A stretch of DNA of 64,000 nt. Source: Phycisphaerae bacterium. GTDB taxonomy: Bacteria; Planctomycetota; Phycisphaerae; UBA1845; Fen-1342. Both the position numbers and the translations under genes were made by a program. Location of the stretch: NCBI GenBank assembly GCA_963675745.2, contig CAXXWX010000019.1, forward strand, positions 352,001 through 416,000, given 5' to 3'. Positions 47,101 through 56,204 of this stretch are shown here, one piece after another (position 1 is the stretch's first letter; each line of letters opens with the position of its first letter). The notes beneath the pieces were generated by a model. The model was not told the origin of the DNA and made no database searches. It saw nothing but the letters and a program-made list of their open reading frames with translations.

Positions 47101-47457
47101 GACGGCGACATCCTTCCCGAGAGCTTCCAGATCCTCGGCCTCGGGCCGGTGATCGGCATGCGCAGTTGGGGCGGCGTGGTCGGCATCCGTGCCGACAAGC
47201 CGTTCATCGACGGCGGCGGCAACAGCCAGCCCGAGTTCGCCTGGTGGGAGCCCCGCCGCGGCTGGGGCCTTGAAAACCGCGGCGTCGAGCCGGACATCGA
47301 GGTGCCGTTCCTGCCGGAAGACTGCATCGCCGGCCGCGATCCTCAGCTCGATCGCGCTATATCCGAGCTGCTGAAGATGATCGAGGAGAACCCGGTCGAA
47401 TACCCGCAGCTCGACCCGATTCCGGACAAGTCACGCGAGAAGATGCGGACGCCGTAG
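44143..47457 (+). CDS. Tricorn-like S41 protease (second copy) with signal peptide
   Basis: GTG 44143 after a GGAG RBS; signal peptide; GYYRFPTIHGD, FSPDG repeats, GELGTSHTY, GYLHLPDM, catalytic AGSDGD, WGGVVG. Confidence 0.93.
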   Translation: MKRASVVMLLVSALLVASPALAAVTGYYRFPTIHGDQIVFAAENDLWQVSTDGGLAQRLTTHAGNEAFPKFSPDGNWLAFSAEYDGNVDVYVMPAGGGEPQRLTYHPDHDEVIAWRPDSSAVVFRSRRISTTRDQNVFEVPVTGGQPTLVPIGFASLVAFSADGQFVAFNRFSREFRNWKRYLGGRAQDIWVGDLKAKRFWKLTDWEGTDRFPMWHGDSVCFLSDRDGRLNVYSAKPDGTDVRQLTRHEEYDARWPSIDGERIVYMHGGDLWLLDIASGETKQLDIQLPTDRVRSRHQFVNAADTLDGFALDDAGERIVLSSRGEIWVRPTKPGRTIQITRSGGIRERGVSFSPDGLHLAAITDETGEQELIILDALGRDKPRILTGRGKGWIFPPVWSPDGKKLAYADLTFALFVVDVESGAVTEVDKSEFWEIREYAFAPDGKWLAYAKQVAAGESSIFVYNLDTGRSHAVTTEFTNDHDPVWDPQGRYLYFLSDHTYNPLVGERDFDHIVTETGKPYLVILAADGLSPFLPKELLPDDDDDKDDKKKDGEKDKRDDDKPPSAEERLLTDMRVDVEGIQQRVVEFPVAPGNYGDLRAIKGKIFYMSYPSRGLVEGRVYGEKWERTPSLHVFDIKDKEDEVFIEELADYCLSGDGERIAYLVDDEITVGDTDESPDDADEDDLDNIDPGDLPLAIRPAEEWTQIFHEAWRLQRDFYWAENMAGIDWPAERERYAKLLARVSTRFELSDLLGQMVGELGTSHTYIWGGDLRRGRRVTVGLLGADLEPLPDSGVHRFARVLRPEVWETDIPAPLTMSHANVHTGDYLFAINGVDLAPGDNIYQHLAKLAGEEVLLTVGTKADRGDARDIQVKTLTSERRLRYRDWVRRNREYVAEKTDGKVGYLHLPDMGGNGLVEFIKAFYPQIERDGLIIDVRSNGGGFVSQMIIERLARKAWAFDQTRRGKLSTYPWRVHRGHKAVITDENAGSDGDILPESFQILGLGPVIGMRSWGGVVGIRADKPFIDGGGNSQPEFAWWEPRRGWGLENRGVEPDIEVPFLPEDCIAGRDPQLDRAISELLKMIEENPVEYPQLDPIPDKSREKMRTP

Positions 47458-47531
47458 GGGCTACGTTGGCCAGACTGTAACCACGGGCTTCAGCCGACGA
47501 CTCGATCCACGTCTCTTACGCGAACCGTCCA

Positions 47532-49277
47532 TCAGAACTCGGGGCGCCAGCGCCACTGGTAGCGGTACGGCACCTGGCCCCACGAGTAGGCGTTGCGCGT
47601 ATTGCGCGTGTTGTGAGCGTCGCCCGCCGCCACGCCCCACTCAACCTTACTGCCGCGGGCGGCGTAACATCGCAGCACGCCCGCGGTGTCGGCTATGAGT
47701 ATCTCGATGCGACCATCACCGGTGATGTCGGCAATGGCGGGGGGACACTCGGGGGCGTTGGGCAGCGGCAGGCGTTTGAGACAGTGTCCGTCACGCGAGA
47801 GGATCGTCAGCAGGCCGCCGGGGCCGTCGGCGCTGCGCGGCACGACCGACGTGATGACCAGTTCGCTGGCGCGGTCGCCGTCAATATCCGCAACTGCCGG
47901 CGGCGCCCAGATCAGGCCGCCGGGCGCGTAGCGCCAGCGCAACCCTGCAGTGTCGATGGCGCAGACGCTGCTATCTCCGGTGCCACCCAGCGGCGTCGGG
48001 CAGGCGATCACCCACGCGGGCACGTCTTCGCCATTGTCGAGTGTGCGCAGATCAGCCACGATGCCGTCACCGCTGCGCCGCGCCAGATCGCTGAGCACGT
48101 GCGTATCAATACCGGCGCCGGCGCGCACCAACCGCCACAGGCGTGCCTGCCCATCTCCCAGCAACGCCACCGTTTCGTTATCACGTCCGCCGAAAAACGT
48201 CAGTGCACCCGCATACGCACCACTGCCCGCGAGTCCGCCGCTCCAGAGCAAGCGGCCTGAGCGGGCGGCAACAACGTAGACCTGTCCCGTTTCCGCGACA
48301 ATGACTATCTCGGACGTCCCACGCGACAAGACATGCCCGGCGGAGAGACTCGCCTGTACGATGTCCGGCCGCGCCTGTCGCGAAGGTGGCCCATCGGGCA
48401 GTTCGATAACCCACGGTGTCTTGCCGGTCTTGCCACTTATGGCAACCACTGTCCCGCGCTCGGTGGCCACAATCACATCGGTCACGCCGTCGCCATTGAC
48501 GTCCGTGGCCAGCGGCACGGAGACGATCCGGTGAACGGTGAAACACCGCCACACCAATTCGCCCTCAGGTGTGATCAGGTATACAAACCCGCTGCGCACG
48601 GCGACGAAGAGACCATCGTCGGCCAGCGCCAGGCCGACCACGTCGCGCGGCCGCCGGTCTGGCGGCTCGAAGATCAGGGTCGCCTCGCCGGTGACGCCAT
48701 CGACACAAACCACGCCGTCCCAGGGGTCGTCCTCGTCACCCGTCGTCGCCCCCAGCGACGCGATGTATACGCGGCCTTCAAGCGGCAGGATCGTGGTGAA
48801 CCAGGCCGTCAGGCCGATCGGCGCCTCCCATTGCGGTTCGAGCTGGACGCTGCCCTGCGGTTGCTTGCCGTCTTTCAGGCGCGCGCGTGTCTTGTACCAG
48901 CGCTCCCAGTCATCCTCACGATCGCCGTAGTTGGCACCGCTGACGCGTTCCAGCAGCCGGCGCACGTGCGGGTCTTTGAGGTCGTGGTGGGCGTACAGGC
49001 GGTTTATCAGGTCGTCGGTGCGGGACCGCCAGTATTGGCCGGTTTTTCGCTCCCACTCGGCGAGCCGGGGGAGGACTTCGTCGGGTGATTCGACGGTGGC
49101 CAGTGATTCGAGACCGCGACTGATCGACCAGCCAATCCGGTAGCGCCCGAGTGCCCAACTTGCGCCGACCCAGATCAGCGCCCCGGCCACGACCGCCGCC
49201 GTCAGCGCAATACCCCAGCGCAGCACCGAGTGCCGACCGTAACGACTTGCGCCAAATCCCGTACCCGCGGGCCTCAT
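47532..49277 (-). CDS. Membrane-anchored PQQ-like beta-propeller/FG-GAP repeat protein
   Basis: N-terminal TM helix; DVNGDGVTD, PAVADIDGD, PAIADITGDG repeats. Confidence 0.78.
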   Translation of the reverse strand: MRPAGTGFGASRYGRHSVLRWGIALTAAVVAGALIWVGASWALGRYRIGWSISRGLESLATVESPDEVLPRLAEWERKTGQYWRSRTDDLINRLYAHHDLKDPHVRRLLERVSGANYGDREDDWERWYKTRARLKDGKQPQGSVQLEPQWEAPIGLTAWFTTILPLEGRVYIASLGATTGDEDDPWDGVVCVDGVTGEATLIFEPPDRRPRDVVGLALADDGLFVAVRSGFVYLITPEGELVWRCFTVHRIVSVPLATDVNGDGVTDVIVATERGTVVAISGKTGKTPWVIELPDGPPSRQARPDIVQASLSAGHVLSRGTSEIVIVAETGQVYVVAARSGRLLWSGGLAGSGAYAGALTFFGGRDNETVALLGDGQARLWRLVRAGAGIDTHVLSDLARRSGDGIVADLRTLDNGEDVPAWVIACPTPLGGTGDSSVCAIDTAGLRWRYAPGGLIWAPPAVADIDGDRASELVITSVVPRSADGPGGLLTILSRDGHCLKRLPLPNAPECPPAIADITGDGRIEILIADTAGVLRCYAARGSKVEWGVAAGDAHNTRNTRNAYSWGQVPYRYQWRWRPEF

Positions 49278-49419
49278 GACAACTCGGAATGCAGCATGCC
49301 GCGCATCGCGCGCCGACTCGTCGGCGGCGAACCCATCACATGTCGATCATAAACGCCAGTAGCTTGGGATGCGACCGGAATCGGCGATCGGCTGGGAAAC
49401 GCGCGGCGCGCGCCGGGGC

Positions 49420-50160
49420 TCAGTCCGCCGCCGCCTCGCTATGCAAGTATCGCGCAAGTTGATGATCGGCCGGCAGACGTTCAGGCTCGTACGTCGCCAG
49501 GGCATAGAGTGACAACACGGCCCAGAGAATCAGCAGTGCGCCCAAACCCGCGGCTGCGACCGATACGCGCTTGCGCGCCTCGACGCCGACCGTGATCCCC
49601 CAGGTGATGCAGAATGTCACGATCCCGTTGCAGAAGTGAAAAACCGCCGCCACGACGCCGATCAGGTAAATCGCCATCCACACGCCCATCGGCAGCGGCA
49701 TGCCGAAGACGTGCTGCGTGAGGTTGAAGAAATACGGATTCGCGTCTTTGTACTCCAGCACGCCAAACCAGTGGGCGAACCTGAAGTGCAGCAGGTGCAC
49801 GACAATGAACACGACCGTGATCCACGCTGTAAAACGCTGAATCGTGTAACGCCAGTTGTCCATGTACGGATAGCGCGTGGCGTTGGAGCGGCCCTGGAGC
49901 GCGATCACGACGCCGTAGGCCGCGTGGAACGCGATCGGGATGAAGATGAAGACGATCTCGATTGCCAGCAGAAACGGCAGGCTGTGAATCAGGCCGACGT
50001 GGTGGTTGAAATGCTCCGCGTCGAGCCAGGCGGTCGCGTTGGTCAGCATATGGTTGAACAGAAACGCGCCGACCGGGATTATGCCCGTCAGGGAGTGCAG
50101 GCGGCGCAAGAGAAAGTGATGGCGATCGAGCAGGCCGGGGGTCTGGGCAATTGTTGACAC
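49420..50160 (-). CDS. sdhC: Succinate dehydrogenase/fumarate reductase cytochrome b558 subunit (Bacillus-type)
   Basis: RRLHSLTGIIPVGAFL, FHAAYG, QRFT, HLLHFR, FHFCNG...ITWG; five TM helices. Confidence 0.9.
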   Translation of the reverse strand: MSTIAQTPGLLDRHHFLLRRLHSLTGIIPVGAFLFNHMLTNATAWLDAEHFNHHVGLIHSLPFLLAIEIVFIFIPIAFHAAYGVVIALQGRSNATRYPYMDNWRYTIQRFTAWITVVFIVVHLLHFRFAHWFGVLEYKDANPYFFNLTQHVFGMPLPMGVWMAIYLIGVVAAVFHFCNGIVTFCITWGITVGVEARKRVSVAAAGLGALLILWAVLSLYALATYEPERLPADHQLARYLHSEAAAD

Positions 50161-50389
50161 GACTATTCTCGCATGCGAGCGGTTTACTTGCGGACGGCGC
50201 AGCGCCGGGCGAATCAGTCCGCACAGCCTACCCGAGACCACGCCGGCGCGGCAAGCCGTCAGTTGTACCCGTTGTGCATCCGCGCGGCCCATCGATTGCC
50301 TGAGGCGGCGCGGCGCCACCCTTGGCGCGTGCCCCGCCCTCGCCTACCGTGGCCCCCCGGCATCCACCAGACACAGGAGTTTCGCGCTA

Positions 50390-51448
50390 ATGGCCAGCCA
50401 GAAAACGGGACTTATCCAGATCGGGACCGGCGGAATCGGTAACTTCCACCTCGCCGTCTACAAGGACCTGCCTGACATCGAAGTCATCGGCGTGTACGAC
50501 GTCAACCAGGACGCGGCGCGCAAGGCCGCCGAGAAACACGGCGTGGAGACGGTCTTCGAGTCGCTCGAAGCCGCCCTGGACCAGCCGCGCGCGGACATGG
50601 TCACCGTCGCCACGCCCAACCGCTATCACGCCGACATCACCATCAAGGCGCTTGAGGCCGGCAAGCACGTCGTCTGCGAAAAGCCGCTGGCGCCGACCGC
50701 CGCCGAAGTCGAACGGATGATCGCCGCCCGCGACAAGGCCGGCAAGCTCTTGATGACCGCCCAGCACATGCGCTTCGACAGCCGTTCACAGGCGCTGCGG
50801 CGTCTGATCGAGGCCGGCCGGCTGGGGGAGGTGTATTACTCGCGCGCGCGCTGGCTGCGGCGTTGGTCCGTCCCGGCCACGCCCGGGTTTATCTCAAAGC
50901 AGCAGGCGGTCCGCGGCCCCGGCGCGGACATCGGCGTGCATGTCGTCGATCTGGCCATGCACCTGATGGACCACCCCCGGCCGGTCAGCGTCAGCGGCAT
51001 GTCGGTCTGCAAGCTGGCCAAACAGCCGGGGCGCTACAACAGTTGGGGCACGTTCAAGCCTGAGCAGTTCGAGGTCGAGGACTTCGCCGCCGGCTGGGTG
51101 CGCTTCGCCAACGGCGCCGTGCTGACGATCGAGGTCAGTTGGATGCTCAACACGCTCGAACAGGAGGAGTATGGCGTCGAGCTTTACGGCGACCGCGGCG
51201 GGGCGGCGTGGCCGACGCTGCGCTGGGTCGGCGGAGACGGCGACGTCTTCAGCAGCGCGACGATCGAGAGCGTCAATCACAACGCGCACAACGGCCACCA
51301 GAACGAATTCCGCGCGTTCGTCGACGCCATCCACTCAGGCGGCCCGTCACCCGTGCCGGCGGAGCAGAGCCTGACCGTGGCCCGCATCCTCGACGCGCTC
51401 TACGAATCCGCCGAGAAACAGCGCGAGGTGCGCCTCGACGAAAAGTAG
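50390..51448 (+). CDS. Gfo/Idh/MocA-family oxidoreductase
   Basis: IGTGGIG, ATPN..H, GKHVVCEKP, DIGVH; AGGAG RBS. Confidence 0.92.
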   Translation: MASQKTGLIQIGTGGIGNFHLAVYKDLPDIEVIGVYDVNQDAARKAAEKHGVETVFESLEAALDQPRADMVTVATPNRYHADITIKALEAGKHVVCEKPLAPTAAEVERMIAARDKAGKLLMTAQHMRFDSRSQALRRLIEAGRLGEVYYSRARWLRRWSVPATPGFISKQQAVRGPGADIGVHVVDLAMHLMDHPRPVSVSGMSVCKLAKQPGRYNSWGTFKPEQFEVEDFAAGWVRFANGAVLTIEVSWMLNTLEQEEYGVELYGDRGGAAWPTLRWVGGDGDVFSSATIESVNHNAHNGHQNEFRAFVDAIHSGGPSPVPAEQSLTVARILDALYESAEKQREVRLDEK

Positions 51449-51468
51449 CCACAACCCGTTCCCCCAAT

Positions 51469-51541
51469 GTGTGCCACGGCTCTGTGAGCCGTGTCTCGCG
51501 GGCCACGTCAGCAAAGCACGGCTCACGGACCGGTGGCACAC
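51469..51541. repeat. REP-like inverted pair (REPIN-like), may double as a terminator between convergent genes
   Basis: GTGTGCCACGGCTCTGTGAGCCGTG ... CACGGCTCACGGACCGGTGGCACAC. Confidence 0.75.
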
Positions 51542-51852
51542 GCGACTGTTAAGAGTAGATTCGCGCATCCGGTTAGATAGTCGGTCGGGTCGGTGTCGGC
51601 GATGGCACAAAAGGCGACGGAGAAGACTATGTGCCCGATGTAGACGCGCGTGAGCCAAATGTGCTTGGCTTTGCGTGACGCGGCTATGCCCACCAGGCAG
51701 AGGGGAATCTGCAGAATGAGAAGCCCGCACGCAAGATACGCACCTTCAATCCCCTTGGTGATCGAACCAGACAAGACCCGCGCGGCCACTCCCCAAATGC
51801 CGAGGAAATCGAGTATCAGCAGTATCACGAGTGGCCAAACGCTGGCGAACAT
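51523..51852 (-). CDS. Small membrane hypothetical protein
   Basis: Three hydrophobic segments; GAGGTG RBS before ATG; lower GC than neighbours. Confidence 0.55.
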   Translation of the reverse strand: MFASVWPLVILLILDFLGIWGVAARVLSGSITKGIEGAYLACGLLILQIPLCLVGIAASRKAKHIWLTRVYIGHIVFSVAFCAIADTDPTDYLTGCANLLLTVACATGP

Positions 51853-51885
51853 ATCTCACCTCGTCTAAACGGCACGCGGCGCAGG

Positions 51886-52716
51886 CTATTCCAACAGCTC
51901 ATGCTCGCCAAACGCCGCCCGCAGCAGTCGCGGCACGGCCTCCGTTGCGTTGCCGGCGATCCAGGCGTCGGCGTCGCCGGGCGCTTCGGGGTCGATCACG
52001 ATTATCTTCGCACCGCGCTCACGCGCTATCTGCGGCAGCATGGCGGCAGGCAACACGAGTTGAGATGTGCCAACGATCAGCAGTACATCGCAATCTTCAA
52101 CAGCGTTCCGCGCCAAACGCCAATCGGGCTCGGCGAGACTCTCGCCAAACAGCACGACGCGCGGCCGGTAGAAGCCGCGGCGGCTGAGTCCGACCAGGGC
52201 GCGCATGGCCCGCATTGTGCGCAGACGCGGAAACAGGCCGGTCGCCGCGCCGCGCAAGCGCTTGACCAGCCTGAGCATGTCGCCGTGCGGCACCAGGCGC
52301 ACAATCTCGTCGTTCGCGGTACACAGCTCCGGCAACGCGCCGTGGATCTCGCGCACCTTGGTACTGCCGGCGCGCTGATGCAGACCGTCGATGTTTTGCG
52401 TCACGACCACCGTCTCAACGTGGCGTTCGAAAGCCACGATGGCGCGGTGGGCGATATTCGGTTCAGCCCGCGCGATCGGGCCGACGAATTCCACCATGAA
52501 CTGTGCAAAGCGGCGCGGCTGGCGCCAAAACGCCCGCTTCAAGCCGGTCAAAGTGGCGAATTGTTCGGACGGAAACCGCTGCCACAGGCCGCTGTCGTCA
52601 CGGAAAGTCGGGATTCCACTCTCGGCGGACACGCCCGCGCCGGTGAAGACCACCATCCGCCGCGCATCGCGCAGCCACTCGGCCGCCTGCTCAATCTGAG
52701 ACTCGTCTGGGGGCAC
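51886..52716 (-). CDS. Sir2/CobB-family NAD-dependent deacylase with atypical small domain
   Basis: TGAGVSAESGIPTFR, TQNIDGLHQRAG, EIHG, RPRVVLFGE, VGTS. Confidence 0.9.
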   Translation of the reverse strand: MPPDESQIEQAAEWLRDARRMVVFTGAGVSAESGIPTFRDDSGLWQRFPSEQFATLTGLKRAFWRQPRRFAQFMVEFVGPIARAEPNIAHRAIVAFERHVETVVVTQNIDGLHQRAGSTKVREIHGALPELCTANDEIVRLVPHGDMLRLVKRLRGAATGLFPRLRTMRAMRALVGLSRRGFYRPRVVLFGESLAEPDWRLARNAVEDCDVLLIVGTSQLVLPAAMLPQIARERGAKIIVIDPEAPGDADAWIAGNATEAVPRLLRAAFGEHELLE

Positions 52717-52722
52717 GGCTTC

Positions 52723-53853
52723 CTACCGGTCAAACGCGTCGGTGACGTCGGTGGGCAGATCGCCACGCAGCACCCGGCACCCATCGTCGGTGATGATGAT
52801 GTCGTCCTCGATGCGGATGCCGAACTCGCCCGGAACGTAAATACCCGGCTCGATTGTAACGCAGTGGCCGGGGCGCAGCGTCTCGCGATTGCCCCCCACG
52901 AGGTAGGGCGGCTCGTGACATTCGATACCCATGCCGTGGCCCAGCCGATGGGTGAAGAACTCGCCAAACCCCGCCTCGGTGATGACCCGCCGCGCGATAC
53001 CGTCAAGATCGCCGCATGCCAATCCGGGCCGCGCGGCCTCGATTGCCGCCGCCTGGGCGCTGCGCACGACCTGATATGCCTGTTTCGCTCGCGCGCTGGG
53101 CTCGCCCACGGCGTAAGTGCGCGTGATGTCGTTGTTGTAGCCGTCCGTCACGGTCACGCTGTCAACGACGACCGTGTGACCATCGGCGAGCTTGGAATCG
53201 TCCACAGTGTGATGTGGAATCGCGCCGTTGGGGCCGGTCTGTATCATGGGGGCGGCGGCGAACCCCATCGCCGCGAAGCGCTCCGAAATCTCATGCTGCA
53301 ATTCGGCTTCGCTCACGCCGGGGCGGATCATGTCCCTGAGCGCCAGAAAAACCTGCTCGCCACGGTCGTGGGCGCGTTGTAGCAGTTCGATTTCCTGGGT
53401 GGACTTGCAGGCGCGCGCTTCGCGCAGCAACAGCTCACCATTCTCCAGCTTGCGTCCAGTGAGTACCTGGCCGAATCGCTGCCAGGCCTCGAGCGTTGTG
53501 CGGCCGTCGATGGCGATTCGGCCGGTTTGCACGCCGGCCGCATCAAGCATGTGCGCGAATTTGGCATAGGGATCCTCCTCCTCGACCCAGGTGTGGATCG
53601 ACGGAATGGAGGTATCTTCGGCGATGCCGGGCTGCTCGAAGGCGGGGCAGATGATGCTGACCTCGCCGGCGCGGGTCACAACCCCGCAAACCAGCCGATC
53701 CCACGTGCTGTGGGCGGTGCCCGTGAACGCCAGCATATTCGCCGAGTGAAAGACGATGGTCGCCGCGATGTCCTCGGCTTTCATCAGCATCACCAGCCGC
53801 TCTATGTGCTCGCGGACGACCGCGGCCGGTATGTTCTTGCCGAGCGGGACCAT
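52723..53853 (-). CDS. Xaa-Pro peptidase (M24 family)
   Basis: PHH, YNNDITRT, HRLGHGMGIECHEPP, TIEPGIY, GIRIEDD. Confidence 0.93.
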   Translation of the reverse strand: MVPLGKNIPAAVVREHIERLVMLMKAEDIAATIVFHSANMLAFTGTAHSTWDRLVCGVVTRAGEVSIICPAFEQPGIAEDTSIPSIHTWVEEEDPYAKFAHMLDAAGVQTGRIAIDGRTTLEAWQRFGQVLTGRKLENGELLLREARACKSTQEIELLQRAHDRGEQVFLALRDMIRPGVSEAELQHEISERFAAMGFAAAPMIQTGPNGAIPHHTVDDSKLADGHTVVVDSVTVTDGYNNDITRTYAVGEPSARAKQAYQVVRSAQAAAIEAARPGLACGDLDGIARRVITEAGFGEFFTHRLGHGMGIECHEPPYLVGGNRETLRPGHCVTIEPGIYVPGEFGIRIEDDIIITDDGCRVLRGDLPTDVTDAFDR

Positions 53854-53855
53854 TG

Positions 53856-54875
53856 TTATGCCTCCGGAGGTGGGCTGTTCAGATACTCGCGGGCGGCGGC
53901 GACGACGCGCTCGGTGACCGCCTTGAGCGGGCCATCCACGATGGCGCCGGCGCTGGCATGGTGACCACCGCCGTTAAATTGCCGGGCCAGATCAAGCACA
54001 CCGCGCCCTCCCTCGCCGCGGAAATTGATGCGAACCTTGCCATTGACGCCCTCGCTGAGCAGCAGGGCTATGTCAATACCTTCGACCGAGCGCGGCACCT
54101 CGACTTGGTTGTCGATGTCATTGGCGTTGCAGCCGGTGGCGCGAATCTCGTCGAACGAAGCCGTGCTCCAGGCCAGCCGGCCGTCGTCGCTGACGCGCGT
54201 GTTCCCGTAGATCACCTGCATCAGGGCGAATTCACTGCGGCTGTGGCTGCGGTGCAGGCGCTCGCAGACCTCGTGAACGCGCGCCCCCGCGGCCGTCACC
54301 TCGTGGCCGACCGCCAGACTGCGCGACGTCGTGTTGGAGAGCGAAAACCCCTGCGTATCGGTGTGGATGCCCGCGAAAATCAGCGTGCCGATCGTCGGCG
54401 TAATCTGGCAGCCCAGCGTCAGCAGCAGGTCATAGACCATCTCGCTGGTGCTGCTGCGCTGACCGGAAATCCAGTTCCACTGTCCGAACTGCGTATTGGT
54501 CGCGTGGTGATCGATGTTGATGATCGGCTTGCCGTCCAGCACCTCGCGCCCACCGTCCACATTCAGCCGGGGGTATTTCGCCGTATCCAGTGCAATCACA
54601 AGATCGGCCGATCGCAATTCGCCGGGCGCGGACGATGGAATGGCGGCGTGCTCGACCAGAAACCGCAGGCGCCGCGCTACCGTGTCGGTGGGCAGCGAGA
54701 CGACGGGAGTCACGTTCAGCTCCGGCAGGGCGAGCCACAAGGCGCCGATGGCGCCGATGCAATCAGCGTCCGGCGTAACGTGTCCCGCGAGGGCCACGCG
54801 CGACGCCGACCGGATCGCGTCGCACAGGTCCGCGGGCGGCGGTGTCAATCCTGAGCTTTCGTCCTGCGGGCCCAT
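53856..54875 (-). CDS. nrnA: NrnA-type DHH/DHHA1 oligoribonuclease/PAP phosphatase
   Basis: GHVTPDADCIG, NIDHH, TDT, GGGHHASAG. Start overlaps the sat stop (TAATG). Confidence 0.88.
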   Translation of the reverse strand: MGPQDESSGLTPPPADLCDAIRSASRVALAGHVTPDADCIGAIGALWLALPELNVTPVVSLPTDTVARRLRFLVEHAAIPSSAPGELRSADLVIALDTAKYPRLNVDGGREVLDGKPIINIDHHATNTQFGQWNWISGQRSSTSEMVYDLLLTLGCQITPTIGTLIFAGIHTDTQGFSLSNTTSRSLAVGHEVTAAGARVHEVCERLHRSHSRSEFALMQVIYGNTRVSDDGRLAWSTASFDEIRATGCNANDIDNQVEVPRSVEGIDIALLLSEGVNGKVRINFRGEGGRGVLDLARQFNGGGHHASAGAIVDGPLKAVTERVVAAAREYLNSPPPEA

Positions 54876-56041
54876 TACCCTTGCTTCATCGCGTCGATCA
54901 GAAGGTCGGCCACTTCGGCGCGCGTGAACTCCACCGGCGGTCGCTCGCCGGCCGACAGCATCTCGCGGACCTTTGTCCCTGACAGAAAGACACGATCTTC
55001 CGGCGCGCTGTTCGTCGTTTTGGCGCTGGCCATCGCACCCGACTTCTTGCACCAGAAGGCGTGCTCGAAGTTCAACGGCGTGATGCCGATCTCCTCGGGC
55101 TCAAACTGCTCGAAAATGCGCTGTGCGTCGTAGGTCCCGTAGTACTTGCCCACGCCGGCGTGGTCACGGCCGACGATGAAGTGCGTCACGCCGTAGTTCT
55201 TGCGGATCAGGGCGTGGATGATGGCCTCGCGCGGTCCGGCATAGCGCATCGCCGCCGGCCAGACCGAGAGCATCGTATTTGCGGCGTTGTAGTAGTTCTC
55301 GATGAGAATCTCGTAACAGTGCATACGCACATCGGCGGGAATGTCACCCTTCTGCGTCTGGCCGACCAGCGGGTGGATCAGCAACCCGTCGACCAGCTCG
55401 AGCGCGCACTTGGTGATGTACTCGTGGGCCCGGTGAATGGGGTTGCGTGTTTGAAACGCCACCACCGTCTTCCAGCCCTTTTCAGTGAACGCGGCGCGCG
55501 TTTGCGCGGGAGTCAGGCGGTACTTGGTGAAATCAGGATCGTGCCGGGGGGTGAGCACTTCAAGTGGACCGGCCAGGCACACATCGCCCTGACTCAAGAC
55601 GACCGCCACGCCGGGATGGGCGTCATCGGTCGCCAGGTAGACCTTCTCGGATTCCTTGGCCTTGTCGTGGGCGTACTTCTCTTCGACCGTCATCGTCGCC
55701 AGCAGGCGGTCCTTATCATCGGTGAGCACGACGGTCTGTCCCAACTCGATCTGCTCAGCCGCGGATTGCGAAACCGAGCACGTGATCGGCACGGACCACG
55801 GCAGACCATTCGCCAGCCGCATGTTGTCGCACACGCTGTGAAAGTCCTTCGATCCCATGAAGCCGGTGAGTGGGCTCATCGCACCGACGGCGAGCAGCTC
55901 CAGATCGCATTGCTCGCGCTCGGGGAGCCTGATGCGCGGCGCCTTCTCCGCCGCCAACTCGAGCTCGCGGCGGCGCTTATCATCGACCACCAGGTTTACC
56001 AGGGCGCCGCCATGAGGCGGTATCAGTCCAGTGTGTGACAT
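54875..56041 (-). CDS. sat: Sulfate adenylyltransferase (ATP sulfurylase, Sat type)
   Basis: PHGG, SPLTGFM, AFQTRNPIHRAHE, MRYAGPREA, FIVGRDHAGVG, LSGTKVR. Confidence 0.96.
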   Translation of the reverse strand: MSHTGLIPPHGGALVNLVVDDKRRRELELAAEKAPRIRLPEREQCDLELLAVGAMSPLTGFMGSKDFHSVCDNMRLANGLPWSVPITCSVSQSAAEQIELGQTVVLTDDKDRLLATMTVEEKYAHDKAKESEKVYLATDDAHPGVAVVLSQGDVCLAGPLEVLTPRHDPDFTKYRLTPAQTRAAFTEKGWKTVVAFQTRNPIHRAHEYITKCALELVDGLLIHPLVGQTQKGDIPADVRMHCYEILIENYYNAANTMLSVWPAAMRYAGPREAIIHALIRKNYGVTHFIVGRDHAGVGKYYGTYDAQRIFEQFEPEEIGITPLNFEHAFWCKKSGAMASAKTTNSAPEDRVFLSGTKVREMLSAGERPPVEFTRAEVADLLIDAMKQG

Positions 56042-56204
56042 CATCATCTCCCGCTGTCGTCCTTAGCAGCGATCACTCACTACGAGCTTCGCTCGGATTG
56101 GAATGCAGCATGTTAGGCGATTTGTGCCGAAAACCCAAACCCCCGATTTGGCTCCTCCCGCGGATAGCCGCGGCAGTAGTGATGCGGCGGTTCCGGCCGA
56201 CCTG

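Noticed and set aside
54875..56041. Dissimilatory sulfate reduction marker
   Set aside because: No aprAB, qmo or dsr genes in the window; sat alone is not diagnostic.
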